A stretch of DNA of 64,000 nucleotides from Octopus vulgaris (lineage: Eukaryota): the NCBI GenBank assembly GCA_951406725.2, contig OX597821.1:16368001-16432000 (forward strand), read 5' to 3'. The translations under genes and the position numbers were made by a program. The notes under the pieces were generated by a model, which saw nothing but the letters and a program-made list of their open reading frames with translations, was not told the DNA's origin and did no database searches. Each line of letters starts with the position of its first letter. The stretch's first letter is position 1. This document shows, piece after piece, positions 1-14,539 of the stretch.

Positions 1-435
1 GATTTGTAGCCTTCATGATGCGGTAATAATTTCTGTGTATAATAAACTATTTTACATGTTTGCACCTGTCTGCATGATACACATTGTATAATTGAAACCA
101 ACCAACTTGAAGCATTGGTGTAACCACTTTAATCCGTGGAGCTAATGATCTAGTCTTTGCATTGATTTGTAAGTGTATGACGGAGCATGCGAAACGGTTG
201 TAAACCTAATATTCTAAATTAATATAATTCACATCTCATACCGCTTGTCCTGTTCCGATGCACGTAATGTTTACTTGCTTATATATATATATTATACACA
301 AAATGAGAGAAACGCACATTCTAAAAGGAAGACAACCAAGTGTGTGTATATAAGTTTTCACGTATGTGTGTATGGCAGTGTGTTTATGTTATCGTGTCTA
401 CTTAATCATACACTTAAACTATTCAAAATTCTTAT

Positions 436-554
<119 letters not shown>

Positions 555-691
555 ATAGAATATAAATTGCAAGTATTATTTATTAAAAGGGATATTTTTT
601 ACATGCTATAACTTGCTGCAATTCATACATATATGCCTGTAACGGTATGTTTTTTGTTTGTTTGTTTGTGGGTGTGTGTCTAAATTATAAA

Positions 692-722
<31 letters not shown>

Positions 723-1464
723 GTATGCATGTATGTTTATATGTGAGTATATAAATATATATGTATTAATATATGTATATATGTATGTATATAAATATAT
801 CTGTGTGTGTATAGATATATATTAATACATATTTATTTATTTGAATAGTTATTAATACAAACACACTCACGCACACATGAACACACAGACACACACACAC
901 ATGTATATATATATATACATATATATATTGGAATAGGAATTTTGTATTAAAAACAGCACCATTTTTTTGTAGTACACGATAATTTATTTTGTGATAAGTT
1001 TTTTAAATTATGCAAAGAAAAGAAACATAGACTGCTTATAGGAAAGATCTTAAACTGTACAGACATGAAAAATATATACTTACAAATAAATATAGGCACA
1101 TATGTTTTCCATATATGCGGATCTATGTTTGGTTGTATTGCGTATGCGTGTTCGTACGATGTTTATCGTTGTGTTCAATTACATTTTACTTCTATATTTA
1201 GGAAGCAAAAACATCTTTTACATACGCAAGTAGATGAATGCAAATAGAATATTAAAAAAATCTACAGATATATATATATATATATATACAGGCAGAGAGA
1301 TTCGAAATATTTTCGCAAATTTTCTCTTGTCATGGTGATGTAAAATATATTGTTTACACTACACAAATCTTATAACACTTTTAATAGAATTACCTGTGCA
1401 TAATGTAGCCAAAGTTATAAGAATAAAGTTATATACGATATTTTAATACTGAATTCTATATATG

Positions 1465-1500
<36 letters not shown>

Positions 1501-4500
1501 TATATCAAAAGGTTAATACATGGCATGGTGTATTAGCAATATCAGCATCTAAAATTCAGATCAGGTAAATCTATCTCCAATTAAAGAACAGCTACAGTAT
1601 CAGATTCAAAAGCAACAAGATAAATCCGATGCAAAAATTGTGTTAAAATATTCACAACTAAATAAGAAAGTTGAAAGTGGGTGGCTACATGATCGCCATT
1701 TATATTTTACAATGCAATGAATCCCAGTCTACATTTTATTTTAAAATGCAATGGAACTCAAACATTTATTCTAATAGCTAAAATCATGCTATGTTTTTTA
1801 AAGAAGAGCGAATAAATATTCTAAATGAACATAGCAAGAAATAGAGACAATACACACAAAAAATTATAATAAATTCAATATAAACTAAATTTTCAAAAAA
1901 ATAATATCGCATATTGCATACACATAAACAGCTGCTTGTTAGTTTGGTAGTTGTTTTAGCCTTCACTTATTATCTTTTTTTTTTACATTGCAAGTAGTAT
2001 TTCCAGTAAAATGGTGTTATATTTATTTATACAAGGAGTGATAAATTGATAGAATACCAGTGTTTTATTCAATAACTTTCACCATTTCATGTATTATACA
2101 TAAATGTAGAATATAAATACGTTAACAGAGGAAAATTATAAATCAATGATACACAAAACCAAATGAAACGTTGAGTTGTGCGTGTAACAGTAAGAAAAAT
2201 TCAAATTATTTTCACTATAATATATCTCAGTACTTGATTCGTGGTTGTGGCATATGCCTTTATGAAATTGGTAGAGCGTACTTAAAAAAAGAAATTGCTA
2301 ATTCTAGCTCGTTGAGTGATGGTGCTAAATGCATTCATTAAACAAAATTTCTCGAGGAACCATATCTCAAATGTAATTATACTTTATCTCGTACTTTTTC
2401 ACCCCAGCAATATTAATTGAGTTAATATCGTCTTTATTCATTTAAGTGTATGTGATACGTTTAAGTCTTATACGAAATTTCGCGTTTAAGTATTATAATT
2501 TTGCGTTTAAGTATTATACGAGTTTTATGAGAACATTGCATACGTCAGATCTCTCGTAAATTAAATATTTTTGCCACAATTATTTCATGGAATGACAACA
2601 AAAATTGGGGCGCTCGGAATCTAGGAATGCAATAAAATTAAGCTTGTTTTTCTAGAATTAACATGGCTTTATTTCCTTGTAATCAAGTGAAATAGAAGTC
2701 AAATTTAGACAATAAGGATGCTATTACAGCGTAGGAGATAAATACGAGCCATTCATAAACACACAAAAACTGCACTCATTTGTTTTTTGCAGTCATAGTT
2801 TACGTCCCACTATCTACAACCTGATCAGTTACACTGTAACTAGTATACGATGAAGACGATAACCAGTATATGCATATGCTTCGAAGTTTTTAAATTATAA
2901 TCCTCGTCTATGTAGTTCAGCCCTACTGTGTCATCGCCACATGTTCATTTAGGTCGTTCAATCTGATATTGAAGAGTAAAAATTCGCCCGAATAGCACCA
3001 ATCTTAAATGCTAATATATTTAGTACACACTAATAAGTAAATGCCTAGATGGAAGAAAGGTAAAAGAAAATATGAAAAACAGGATGGATTAAAGAGGGTA
3101 AATGATAATAGTAATCTCTTCTAGAATAGGGAGAAAGCCTGAAAATTCCTCAAAATGATGAAAGCAATATTGATTTCAGTGATATTTTTAATCAGAACCT
3201 AAACCCGGTAGAATTGACATTAAGTAATTTATCCAACATGCTAAGTATTCTCCCTGTTCGTACTCTCCACCAAATGAGAGACCTGAAATTCTGGGGGTGG
3301 GGATGGTCGATTACATCGACCCCAGCGTTTCCTGGCACTTAAGATATCAACCCCGAAAAGATGAAAAGGAAAGTCGACCTCGGCGTCTTGTGAACGTAGA
3401 TCATAAAGATGGACGAAATGCCGTAAAGCATTTTACCCGTGCTAACAAATCTGCCAGCTCGCTGCCTTGTAACAATATTGCTTAATTTTGAACACACGGA
3501 AGGCAGCGAGCTGGAAAAATTGTTAGCATGCTGGGGAAACTGTTTTGCGTCATTTAGTCTGTCTGCAAGCTCTGAGCTCAAATTGCAGCGAAGTTAAACA
3601 TTGCTTTTCATCTCTTTGGAATTGATAGAATAAGTGCAAGCTGAACACTCTGGCTAAATTAAACAACTATTCCCACCCACTAACCCCCAAATTTTGAACT
3701 TAGAACGGAAAGACGGACTAAATGCCGCAAAACAATTTGCCCGGCGTACTAACCATTTTGCCAGCTCGCCGCTTTCAGTGTGTTCAAACTTAAGCCTATA
3801 GCGGAAAGGAACTTATTTTTCTCAAAAAATACATGTCCGACTAGAAAGTTATCATTTAGAAAACTGCTTCAAAAGTTTTTTGTGAGCAAGAGAACATCTA
3901 ATTTTATGCATTTCTTTTCGTAGCAGATATTAAAATTTAAGCATAGATACGAATGTGATTTATTTCTTGGTAGTTAATTCAAATATACTGTAACGCCTCA
4001 TTGTCATACAAGAACACCTGTCTTCTGCCTACTTCAGTGTGATGCCGGGCTCATTAACGACAGATGTTCAAATACGACTTGAATGTCATTCGTATATTCT
4101 AACTTGAAAAACGATAGCTGTAGGACGTTTAGCTTTACTCAAGCAATATAATATATGATACATTGTACTTAAATCAGCTCTTAATTTAAATTATTGGCCT
4201 AAATGTTACCATGTCAGCTTCAATATATACACACACGCATCTAGGCGTCATGTGAACAACGTAAAACCTTTCTAGTAAGGTAGGATTGATCCTGCTGCTA
4301 CGATTGAAAAGCTATTTTTATTCAGTTACATTGACTTCCCAAACGCAATAAAGTCTTACATCTCTTGAAATTCTTCATCGAACTTGACGTGTAACTGACA
4401 GGCGTAACTGATTACTGGTTCGTTTCACACATCCTGCATGTTTAAACGTGCTAGCTTGAGATAACAATCACGTTATTACCAATTCAGTTGTGTAACGTCC

Positions 4501-4949
4501 GTTAGATTTGAAATATTACTATTGCTTGTGTTGTAAACATTGACTTTCAGCAGTCAAAACTACTTCATAGCAGTCGTTCATTTCCAATTTGAGAAGCGGG
4601 TTTTATTACTCGACCGTCCGTAGACTAGGTTTTAGATACGATTATTTATGTTCTGTGTTCGAATCCCACTAAGAAACATAAATTATTTTTATTTTCCGTT
4701 TTAGAAAATATTTCGGCAGAATATATGGTGAAGCAAAAAAATTTCATGCAGTATTTGGTTACGGCCATTTAAATTCTGAGTTCATTTTCTACTGAGGTCC
4801 TCGTTCAAACATCTAAACTAAATTTCTAGTCAAGAGTTAATAGAGAATTGCCTACAGTAGTGGTTCACAAGATTTTCATAGTGGTTCCCAACAGTGCAAC
4901 CCTTTTCTTTAAATGAGTTTTCCTACGGACCACTTTTAATATGCTTGTC

Positions 4950-5617
4950 TGTATATATGCATACATACATATATATATACATACACATATATATATACAT
5001 ATACATATATATATACACACACACATATATATATATATACATATACATATATATATATACACATATATATATATACATATACATATATATACATATACAT
5101 ATATTTATACATATACATATATTTATACATATACATATATTTATACATATACATATATTTATACATATACATATATTTATGCATATACGTATATATATAC
5201 ATATACATATATACATATATATATATATATACACATATATATATATACATATACATATATATATACATATACATATATACATATACATATATACATATAC
5301 ATATACATATATATACACATATAATACATATATATATACATATGTATTTATACATATACGTATATATATATACATACACGTATATATATATACATATACA
5401 TATATATATATAGATACATATACATATTTATATATATAGATACATATACATAAATATATATATACATATACATATATATAGATACATATACATAAATATA
5501 TATATATATACATATACATATATACATATATATATATACATATACATATATACATATATATACATATACATATATACATATATATACATATACATATATA
5601 CATATATATACATATAC

Positions 5618-5648
<31 letters not shown>

Positions 5649-5669
5649 CATACATATATATACATATAC

Positions 5670-5724
<55 letters not shown>

Positions 5725-5798
5725 CATATATACATATATATATACATATATATATATACATATATATATACATATATATATATACATACATATATATA

Positions 5799-5856
<58 letters not shown>

Positions 5857-5859
5857 TAC

Positions 5860-5920
<61 letters not shown>

Positions 5921-6053
5921 CATATATTTATATATACATATATATATATATACATATATTTATATATACATATATATATATATACATATATATATATACA
6001 TATATATATATACATATATATATATACATATATATATACATATATATATATAC

Positions 6054-6109
<56 letters not shown>
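4950..6109. repeat. ~1.15 kb compound (TA)n/(TACA)n microsatellite
   Basis: Directly visible; explains the overlapping YIYI-type ORFs in all frames. Confidence 0.97.
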
Positions 6110-6112
<3 letters not shown>

Positions 6113-6175
6113 TTGATTTTTGATTTTGATTTTGATTTTTGATTTTTCCAGTTTCAGCTAATGAGCTGTGGCCAT
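6110..6175 (-). mobile_element. Extremely 5'-truncated (~65 bp) copy of the 10.7-15.5 kb LINE 3' end
   Basis: (gatttt)n tail plus ccagtttcagctaatgagctgtggccat nearly matches 10667-10724. It abuts a (TA)n array, like the long copy. Confidence 0.85.
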
Positions 6176-6562
6176 TTATATTAAATATTGGCAGAAGGCC
6201 AGCATTTTGCTGGAAAGGGGTAAGTCAATTTACATCAACCCTAGTGATTAACTTGACACTTATTTATCGACCTTGAATTTTGAAAAAAAGAAAGCCACGC
6301 TCTGCCTCAGCAGAATATGAACAAAGCACCTGCAGATAAACGAAATGCAGCTGAGCAGTTAACCCGGCATGCTAACGATTGTACCTGTCCCACGCCTTTG
6401 TCAGGATGACTATTTAATCCAAATTTTACTCTATTAAACTCTATTAAACTCACTTCTTTTCATTTATAACAATGATACCTAATTAAGGTAGCAAGAACAG
6501 TGTGTTGCATACTTTTTTCCTTATTTCTCTTAAAAAACTACTTCCTATTACTTTATAGGGTA

Positions 6563-7954
<1,392 letters not shown>

Positions 7955-8368
7955 TATGAAAGCACTAACTTTATTTGTGTATGTAAATAATTCAATTTAG
8001 TAAAATAAGTGTTATATTTGAAAATAGTGTTTAGTATTAGCATGAAATTCCTAATCAAATTTGTTTAGTTTATGTATCATTTTTATATCAACGATAGATA
8101 GATAGATGTGTGTGTTCGTGTGCGTACGTGTGTAATTTCTAAGCATCATTTGACTGACTGGTATGTCTGAGAATGTTGATGTCAAGTGGTTCGCGTGAAC
8201 CTCGCAGACAAGTAAAAGAATTCATATGGCAGGCAATACATCACTGTGGTGAGTGATCGAGAGAAAGTATTTTTGTGAGATTTCCTTGTTTTATGCATAT
8301 GGCTATAATATATGTAGAAACCCACAATTAGAATGTTCGCAAGGATAGTTACTTGTGTAGTTGTAAGA

Positions 8369-8409
<41 letters not shown>

Positions 8410-8412
<3 letters not shown>

Positions 8413-9059
8413 TATAAATAGAAGGGACAGGCAACAGGTTGCTTAGCCGCATACCGAAAAAATTAGAAATAGCAGTCGGAGACTGTTTATTTCTATTTTC
8501 TACAAGTGGGACTCCACATGCGACATATCCCTGCAATTCACATATGCAAAACAGAAGGAATAAATAACGAAAACAAAGCCTAACAGTTATTTGCGAACAT
8601 GTTTCTAGATTAGAAATATGAAAATATATTTCATGTATTTCGTCAGCTCAGCCTTCCATAGATTTATCAAATGCTACGTACCTCCATCTCTGATCAGGTG
8701 ACATTAAAATAGTGGAAGAAAGCGAGCATAGGCTACACCTATATAGACAATTGAATCCGTAAATTTTCCCTCCAACATTTTGCCATGCGCATTACAAGAA
8801 TAGTTCCTTACGGGTAGAAACTATGGGTTGTCGTAAGGGAGTGAAAATTCCAATTAGTAATATAATAATAAAAGTAAATAATTTCTTCGATGGATTTTCA
8901 ATGGTTTATTCCTTCAGTTTTGCATATGTGAATTGCAGGGATATGTCGTACGTGGAGTCCCACTTGTAGAAAATAGAAATAAACAGTCTCCGACTGCTAT
9001 TTCTGATTTTTTCGGTATGCGGCTAAGCAACATGTTGCCTGCCCCTTCTATTTATATAC
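8410..9059 (-). mobile_element. Element with 155-bp inverted arms in (TA)n, probably a Penelope-like 3' end with inverted tail (alternatively a MITE)
   Basis: 8410-8564 is the reverse complement of 8905-9059 with about 6 mismatches. Flanked by TA repeats, with an internal hammerhead-like motif. Confidence 0.75.
8592..8650 (-). ncRNA. Degenerate minimal type I hammerhead ribozyme-like motif
   Basis: Minus strand reads tgag-CTGACGA-(weak AT-rich stem II)-GAAA-CATG-TT|cgca. Core intact and helix III palindromic, but stem I has one mismatch. Confidence 0.45.
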
Positions 9060-10329
9060 AATATATATATACTGAACTTCACAGAAGTTCCTGCCGCTAA
9101 TGGTTATATTTACATGCCAAATTCTACCAGTAAATAATTACGTGCTAATAGATGTTTCAATGTTTGCGCTAATTTGACGGATTTAGGCGGAAATTACATG
9201 AATTCCCATGTGGATAAATGCTCAACCAAAACGGAAGTGTCCACAGAGTCCAAAATATTAATTATACAATGAAACAGACAGACAGACACTCCCACACACA
9301 CACTATACGAACGCATACTGAAAGACACGTGATTACTTTTAATTGTGTACCTGCCTGTATGTATATATATATGTATAAATATATATATACATATATATAT
9401 ATTTATATATGTATATATACGTGTGTGTGTATTTATTATGTATGTACACACACATACACACACACATATATATATATATATATATCATAATATCATATTT
9501 ATGTATATATACGTGTGTGTGTATTTATTATGTACACACACACATATACATATATATATATATATATATATGTATGTATATATATATATGAAGATATATA
9601 TATATTATACATAAAGGTGTGTACATTTGTATGTAGAGAACATTATGCCTACGCTCGTTGCGTTATTTCCTCATTTCTTACCAAATCAATATTGTCCTAA
9701 TAACTGAACTCAAAGAGATCACAACAAATATAAACGTGTTTATGAATAATTCCATGGAGAAAAAGAAAGAATACTAATTATGAAATATATCTAATAACGG
9801 AATCGAAAGAATGACGTGGAATTATTAACTTTATACTGTGAAATATGGATGTAATTTGCAGTACAAACAGCATTGGAATCCAAATTAGTCACGATATCAC
9901 AATTCGCTAATTCACACGTACTCATATTAACAACTTTTCATACATTCTTAATTTCATGTATTCCAACATCTATTGCCGTCTATTACAGTATATGATAGAA
10001 TATGATCAATTATGGCAAAATATATTTTCATTTATAACGTCACATTTGTCATTTAAATGTAACTGAAAAGCAATTTCAATGATTTAATGTTGAGAAATGC
10101 ATATGTGATGTTACTGCATATAGATAAACTATCATATAAGTTATTTACATATACGTATATGCGTATTAATATGTGAATGTATATGTGGAGAGGGATTTGA
10201 ATGGAGTGCACACACTGTAACTATGAGATATAAATAAGCTATAAGTTGTTATGTTCTAAATTTGAAATTTTAATCACTGAATTTTATTTGCTATTTGCGT
10301 GAAGTAATTCATTCAATGGTAAATTGATT

Positions 10330-10421
<92 letters not shown>

Positions 10422-10439
10422 CATATATATATGTATATA

Positions 10440-10492
<53 letters not shown>

Positions 10493-10525
10493 GTATGTAT
10501 ATATATATATGTATGTATACATATG

Positions 10526-10574
<49 letters not shown>

Positions 10575-10590
10575 ATATATATATATATAC

Positions 10591-10666
<76 letters not shown>

Positions 10667-10764
10667 GATTTGATTTGATTTTGATTTTTGATTTTTCCAG
10701 TTTCAGCTTATGAGCTGTGGCCATGCTGGGGCACCGCCATTTGGTGTTGCTACTTGGTTTCACT

Positions 10765-12280
10765 TCATGGAGGCTTTCTAGCAACTGCTATTTGGTGCAT
10801 GAGAGAGTTCGATGCAGCTGCCCTCATCTGCCCCTCCTGCCGTGAAGTTGGTTCATCTGGGACACCTGACAGGAAGAGATCCAGCTTCATTTTAAAGACA
10901 TCTGTATCCACCCCATGCAGGTCTCTCAGGTTCTTCGGGAGGATATTGAAGAGCTGTGGGCCTCGGAAGCCCAGGCTATCACAGAATCTTGTCCTACATC
11001 TTGATGGCAAGTTTGGAGTCCTAGGCACCACGCAGTTGCGCCCAGTTCTGGCATTTGCGTTACTCTCGATGCCAAAGTTCAGGACACTTCCCTCCAGAAT
11101 CTTCCAGATGTATATTATGGCATATCTTTCCCGCCTACGCTCCAGGGAATATAATTTTAATCTCTTGAGTCTTTCCCAGTAGCTTACATTCTGCACAGAG
11201 GCTATCTTCTTCGTGTAGCTTCGTTGGATCGCCTCAAGTTCTGTGATCAACTTGACACTGGATGGTGACCATAGCTGAGAGCAATAGTCAAAGTGGCTTA
11301 GGACAAGTGTCTTCCAGAGGACCATCATGGTTTCTTGTTCTCTTGTTCTAAAGGTTCTAAGAATCCATCCAGCCAGCCGTCTACATTTCATTGTCAGTTT
11401 AGCAACATGTACATGAATGGTCGCGTCATCACTCATGTGAATACCCAGGTCACGCACTGATTGTGCCTCTGGGATTGCAATCCCTCCGGGTCCAGTGTAT
11501 TCATTGGGTATTGCATTCAGTTTTGCATGCTGATAGTATAAAGCTTGAAACTTTCCAGCATTGAACTGCATGCTATTCTTTTCAGCCCACTTGTATATTT
11601 CGTCCAGCTCACATTGCAGGTGTTTAGTGTCCTCAGGGTTCTGTATTGCCTGTGAAACTTTTGTATCATCTGCATAACTTGTGATCGTGGCTCTCTGCGT
11701 GGCTGAGGGCATGTCTGAGAGGGCCATTATGAACAGTAGTGGTCCCAGAACAGTGCCCTGCGGAACACCGCTGACTATTTGTGTGTTAATGGAAGTGGCC
11801 CCATTGGCTACTACCACCTGACTTCTATCCTTCAGAAAGTCATGAAGCCATTCTCCCAGTTTTCCAACTATGTTGAGATCACGCAGTTTGTGACATATCA
11901 TTCCATGATCGACTTTATCAAAGGCCTTTGCAAAGTCGAGATATATCACTTCCACATTTGAGTGGTTGAGCAGCCGTTTCAGCACCCAGTCATAGTGTTG
12001 TAGGAGCTGAGTTAAACAGCTTCTCCCTGGTCGGAAACCATGTTGTGTGTCGGGCAGCAAGTCATTCTCTTCAAGGAAGGTGATCAGCTTCCTTCTGACT
12101 ATTCGTTCCATGACCTTGCTGATGTGTGAGGTCAGAGAGATAGATCTATAGTTCTTGGCTTCCGCTCTGCTACCTCCTTTATAAATGGGGCATATTTTAC
12201 CTTCCTTCAGTTTTCCTGGAAGTTTGCCAGCTGCAAGGAAGCTCTGAAAGAGGAACTGCAGTGGTCTTGCTAGGACTCTC
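10765..12280 (-). pseudogene. LINE ORF2 reverse transcriptase portion
   Basis: Motifs NYRSISLTS, QHGFRPGRSC, YLDFAKAFDKVDH, GVPQGTVLGPLLF, YADD, YSLERRRER. Disconnected from the endonuclease by frameshifts and an apparent linker deletion near 12280. Confidence 0.93.
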
Positions 12281-12646
12281 TTGATTTTATATCTGCAGTG
12301 CTTTGGATTGGTGATTTGGAGATGCCCAAGGGGTGGGTGAAAACACTCTTGAATTGCTCATTCAGTATTTCACTTACCCTCATTGGTTTTTCCTGTAAGT
12401 GTGCCATCCTTTTCGAGGAGTGGCCCTATTCTACAGTGCACTGTAGCTGTTTCTTTGGCATACCTGTAGAAAGCTCTGGGGTTAGATTTTATGTTTTCTA
12501 TAGCCCAGGCTTCTTTGTCTGCTCTTTCTTTTTCATGGGAGAGTTGCAGACATTTTTCGATTTCCAACAGTTTTATTTTTAGGCGGGACTTTTCACTGCT
12601 TTCAATCTGTTTGTTAGGCGATTTGAAAATTTCGTACGCCGTCTCA

Positions 12647-13669
12647 TTAAAATTTCCTCTCTCTGGGGATTTTGTTCTTGTGTACAGTGGCCTTTCTCTC
12701 TGGGACACATTTGTAGCATATGGCTTGCATTACAGACATGAATTGTTGAAGTTTCACGTCGATATCTGGCGAGGAGAGACATTTAGGCCAGTTTTGTTTG
12801 AGGATCTCTTTCTCAATTTGTTTCCAGTTTGCCTTATGGTAGTTCAAGCTGGAAAGATTTTGAGGGTTTCTTGTAGGCTGCATGTCCGTGCTCTCTTTTG
12901 GCCCGTACATGGTCAGCTCTATCATGTTGTGATCCGAGAGTAGTGTCGGTGTCACTTTCACATTATGGATGAGATCCATGTCATTTGTGAAGCAGAGATC
13001 CAGTGTGTTACCTGCCCTGGTTGGTTGGAGTATTACCTGCTCCATGTACAGGGAGTTGATGAGGTTCAGGAGGGACCTCGCCTGTCCTCGTTCACATCTT
13101 GTCATTCCTGGGAGAGAAAGGCCCTCGGGCCATCTGACATTGGGCAGATTGAAGTCTCCCATAAGAAGCACACCTATGTGTTGTTCTAATGTGGTTAGAA
13201 CTTCTATTTTTATAAGGCAGTCTTCAAACTTGCCCACATGGCTTGGGGCATCTGGAGGGCGATATGTAGCACACACAACTACATCAAGTTGCCTAATATG
13301 TACAATTAGTGTGTCACACACCGAGTTTGAGTATGACAAGAGGACCTGGGGTGTGAGGTCCTCACGGATGTACATAGCAACACCTCCATGACTCCTTTCT
13401 TTCCTGTCGGTCCGTAGTACAGCATACTGCGGTATGTGTAACTCCGCATCTGCTATGTCGGGTTTCAGGTGCGTTTCCGTAAGTGCTATGCATAAGGCTT
13501 GATTGCATGCAACAAAGTCTCTCAGGAACGGGATCTTTGTCCTGTTACTGAGTGTTTGCAGTCCTCTGATGTTCAGTAGGAGCATCGAGGTGAGGTGTAC
13601 GTTGTTACCGGCGGTGTCCATCCTGTGTCTGTTTGCTGTGGTGGTCTGGTATATAGTGGGTAGTCCCAC
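12647..13669 (-). pseudogene. LINE ORF2 AP-endonuclease portion
   Basis: APE motifs LNIRGL, ALTETHL, HGGVAMY, YRPP, MGDFN, PTR..NTLDL, SDHNMI. Continues in another frame at 12370-12708. Confidence 0.92.
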
Positions 13670-14484
13670 CTGCGGGCTTGGGTTTGATGAAGCCAGGTCA
13701 GCTGCTGTACAATCTTTTGTGCTATGTACAAAAAAGATTGTTGCTCAGCAGCTGCCCTTTCGACAACATCATGTTGGCGGTTTGTGGCGCGCACAACATC
13801 TGCGTACCTCCGCTTTGGGGCAGGTGGTGCGTGGTCCATCCCTTTTCTTTTTGTTGATGGTTTGTCCATCTGCCTCGTGTCTCTGTGGCAGGGTCCCCGA
13901 TGTGCAAAGCGGCAGCCTGCACCTTCCTTTCCATGCCAGCAGGAACCTCTCAGGTAGAACATACACACCCGTGTGCGCTGTTTGGTTTCATCTTTTGCGG
14001 TTCCACTTCTATTCCTGGTTTTTTCACCCTTTGGTCCTGCTTGATCTTTTTCTTTTCCTTTAGCTCTTCCAGTCCTTCTTTTAGTTCTTCTTCCTCCCTC
14101 TACCTCTTCACCGGGTTCTCCGTCTCCATGGCCCTTGCTGCCGGTTGGAGAACTTGCACCTGGGTTCACTTCCCGGGCAGGTTTCTCATTCAAAACCTCC
14201 TCCCGGGCGTCCACCAGGTGGGGGTGACTTCTTTCATCGTCTCCATTCTTGCCATCTTTGCCCCGCTCGTTCTCAAAGATGGCATCAAGTGCGCCAATGT
14301 GCGACCGTACAAGCGCATATGAGCGCACGAATTCCCGTCTCTTTCGCTCCATCTGAGCCGCTGTCCTCTTGTAGCCTCTGCTCTTCAGCGCAGCCGCAAT
14401 CACCTCGCTAGGGCTATCTCCGCCGGCGCACTCCCATGCTTGTACGAATAAATCCAGCTCATCGGGTCTCCATGCTCTGGACAT
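13573..14484 (-). CDS. LINE ORF1 (303 aa): Myb/SANT-like trihelix N-terminus, basic linker, CCCH zinc finger
   Basis: Uninterrupted ORF upstream of and overlapping ORF2. WRPDELDLFVQAW...IAAALKSRGYKRTAAQMERK resembles the GT-1/MSANTD trihelix; CMFYLRGSCWHGKEGAGCRFAH is CCCH-like. Confidence 0.8.
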   Translation of the reverse strand: MSRAWRPDELDLFVQAWECAGGDSPSEVIAAALKSRGYKRTAAQMERKRREFVRSYALVRSHIGALDAIFENERGKDGKNGDDERSHPHLVDAREEVLNEKPAREVNPGASSPTGSKGHGDGEPGEEVEGGRRTKRRTGRAKGKEKDQAGPKGEKTRNRSGTAKDETKQRTRVCMFYLRGSCWHGKEGAGCRFAHRGPCHRDTRQMDKPSTKRKGMDHAPPAPKRRYADVVRATNRQHDVVERAAAEQQSFLYIAQKIVQQLTWLHQTQARRWDYPLYTRPPQQTDTGWTPPVTTYTSPRCSY

Positions 14485-14539
14485 GCTGGATAATCCGTCT
14501 ATCCGTTTATCTATCTAATTATGTTCGAGAGAAGACAGG

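Noticed and set aside
4360-4414. Possible second exon of the minus-strand gene (VISYACQLHVKFDEEFQE, donor gtaag)
   Set aside because: The only open-phase acceptor lacks a polypyrimidine tract; other acceptors give in-frame stops.
10688-14411. Plus-strand ORFs overlapping the LINE
   Set aside because: Antisense shadows of GC-richer coding sequence with no recognisable motifs.
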